Shown: piece after piece, positions 62,618 through 64,000 of the stretch | Layout: every line of letters begins with the position of its first letter | Numbering within the stretch: position 1 is the first letter of the stretch | Sequence record: OP045498.1 | Origin: Klebsiella phage 150049 | Strand: one strand, 5' to 3' | Length of the DNA: 64,000 nucleotides | Notes under the pieces: generated by a model | What the model was told of the DNA's origin: nothing | What the model saw: the letters and a program-made list of their open reading frames with translations, nothing else | Databases searched by the model: none | Translations under genes and position numbers: made by a program

Positions 62618-63966
62618 AGGTTGTTATATCTAATAAAGCCTATTTCAAGCCCGATGATGAACTCTGGGATTATTGTAGTAAGCAAACCACTTATCACATC
62701 GAGACAATGACTAGTAAATACCCTATTATGTATAAGAATAGTGGTGTTGTTGCTAAAGAGATTAAGTGGATTCCCATTACGCGTCTGGATTTGCTAGATG
62801 CTAAGGGAGTAAAATACGAATTAGTTGATAAACGCACGTTAGCTCCGGTAAAAATACCAGAACCTCAGTTCAAGCTGCGTGAAGAAGATCAGCTTCCTAT
62901 ATATGAAGAGTGCGATGATACTTGTATTATTAATGGTAAGCCTGGATTTGGTAAAACTATCCTAGCTCTAGCTCTTGCATATAAGTTTGGCCAGAAAACT
63001 CTGGTAATCTGCACCAACACATCCATACGGGAAATGTGGGCTGCAGAAGTTCGTAAATGGTTTGGATTCGAGCCTGGTATTATAGGTTCTGGAAAGTATA
63101 ATATTGATCCACCAATCGTGGTCAGTAATATACAAACCGTGAATAAACATGCGAATAATCTTTCTAAGGTGTTCGGTACTGTTATAGTTGATGAAGTTCA
63201 CCACTGTGTGGCTACAACTTTCACTAATTTCTTAGAGATCTCGTGTGCTCGCTACAAGATTGGTTTATCGGGTACGTTAAAACGTAAAGATGGCCTACAA
63301 GTTATGTTCAAAGATTTCTTTGGATATAAGATCTTTAGTCCGCCTGTCAATAACACTGTTCCACCCACAATCCATAGGTACTCCGTGCCTGTTGAGTTAT
63401 CAGGAAACCAGAACGTACCGTGGGCATTACGTGCTAACGATGTGTATAATCATCCTGAATATCGAGAAACTATTATAAACCTAGCACATTTATATGTATC
63501 TATGGGGCATAAGGTTCTCTTTGTAAGTGATAGAACAGAATTAATCCAAACAATACTAGAAGCTCTCGCACAACGTGGTGTTACAACCTATGAGATTATA
63601 GGGGCAACTCCTTTAGATGATCGATTGAGAATCCAGAAAGATGTAGCAGAGGGCGGACCTTGTGTACTTGCAGCAGCTCAGAGTATCTTCTCAGAAGGTA
63701 TTTCTCTTAACGAGCTATCTTGTTTAATAATGGGAAGTCTCATTAATAATGAATCTCTCATAGAACAGCTAGCAGGTCGCGTTCAACGTATTGTTGATGG
63801 AAAGTTAGATCCGATTGTTGTAGATTTAATTATGAAAGGAGGCACTGGATTAAGACAGGCTTCTGGACGTATGGCCGTGTATCGCAATAACGCATGGAAA
63901 ACTATTACTATGACTCCGGAGAAAGCAGTACAATTAGCTAAAATTGCATTTGGCAACTGCTCATAA
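62614..63966 (+). CDS. SF2 DNA helicase, D10-like (450 aa)
   Basis: Walker A GKPGFGKT, DEVHH box, helicase C motif QLAGRVQR. Confidence 0.75.
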   Translation: MKVVISNKAYFKPDDELWDYCSKQTTYHIETMTSKYPIMYKNSGVVAKEIKWIPITRLDLLDAKGVKYELVDKRTLAPVKIPEPQFKLREEDQLPIYEECDDTCIINGKPGFGKTILALALAYKFGQKTLVICTNTSIREMWAAEVRKWFGFEPGIIGSGKYNIDPPIVVSNIQTVNKHANNLSKVFGTVIVDEVHHCVATTFTNFLEISCARYKIGLSGTLKRKDGLQVMFKDFFGYKIFSPPVNNTVPPTIHRYSVPVELSGNQNVPWALRANDVYNHPEYRETIINLAHLYVSMGHKVLFVSDRTELIQTILEALAQRGVTTYEIIGATPLDDRLRIQKDVAEGGPCVLAAAQSIFSEGISLNELSCLIMGSLINNESLIEQLAGRVQRIVDGKLDPIVVDLIMKGGTGLRQASGRMAVYRNNAWKTITMTPEKAVQLAKIAFGNCS

Positions 63967-63986
63967 TTATTGTATAATATACACAT
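63950..63986 (+). promoter_or_regulatory. T5-type early promoter (TTGGCA-17-TATAAT) at window end
   Basis: -10 63973..63978 followed by ATAAATTTGAGAGAGA. Confidence 0.55.
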
Positions 63987-64000
63987 AAATTTGAGAGAGA

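Overview
This window reads as the early region of a T5-like siphophage (Tequintavirus-like). Evidence is a promoter at 51842..51878 that is essentially identical to the classical T5 PN25 promoter, about 34 copies of the same AT-rich sigma70 promoter/UTR module, and T5-sized hallmark genes (137-aa L-Ala-D-Glu endolysin, 250-aa dNMP kinase, 855-aa polymerase starting MKIAVVDKALNN, split NAD-dependent ligase). Positions 1..42729 are a leftward (minus-strand) block of short early operons, each behind a near-consensus promoter (-35 TTGCTT/TTGCTA, 17 nt, -10 TATAAT, then ATAAATTTGAGAGAGGA leader/RBS). That block holds lysis genes (holin, endolysin), nucleotide metabolism (dNMP kinase, thymidylate synthase, DHFR, NrdAB, thioredoxin-like, GrcA), two PPP-type phosphatases, RNase H, PhoH, a PnuC/NadR NAD-salvage pair, an SPFH/NfeD-like pair, and a roughly 9-kb cluster of about 30 minus-strand tRNA genes interspersed with small ORFs and several non-coding gaps. 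Positions 43073..64000 are the rightward (plus-strand) block: anaerobic RNR NrdD, a Sir2-like protein, a HAD hydrolase, a UL9-like origin-binding SF2 helicase, a DNA-binding protein, split NAD+ ligase (LigA/LigB), D5-like DNA-binding protein, DnaB-like helicase, DnaG-like primase, family-A DNA polymerase and a D10-like helicase. The most unusual items are a roughly 1.1-kb ORF-free GC-enriched segment next to tRNA-Arg and the SPFH/NfeD pair, an antisense-embedded three-gene island of low-complexity proteins with its own promoter and terminator, and the NAD module. tRNA coordinates were derived by hand and may be off by 1-3 nt.
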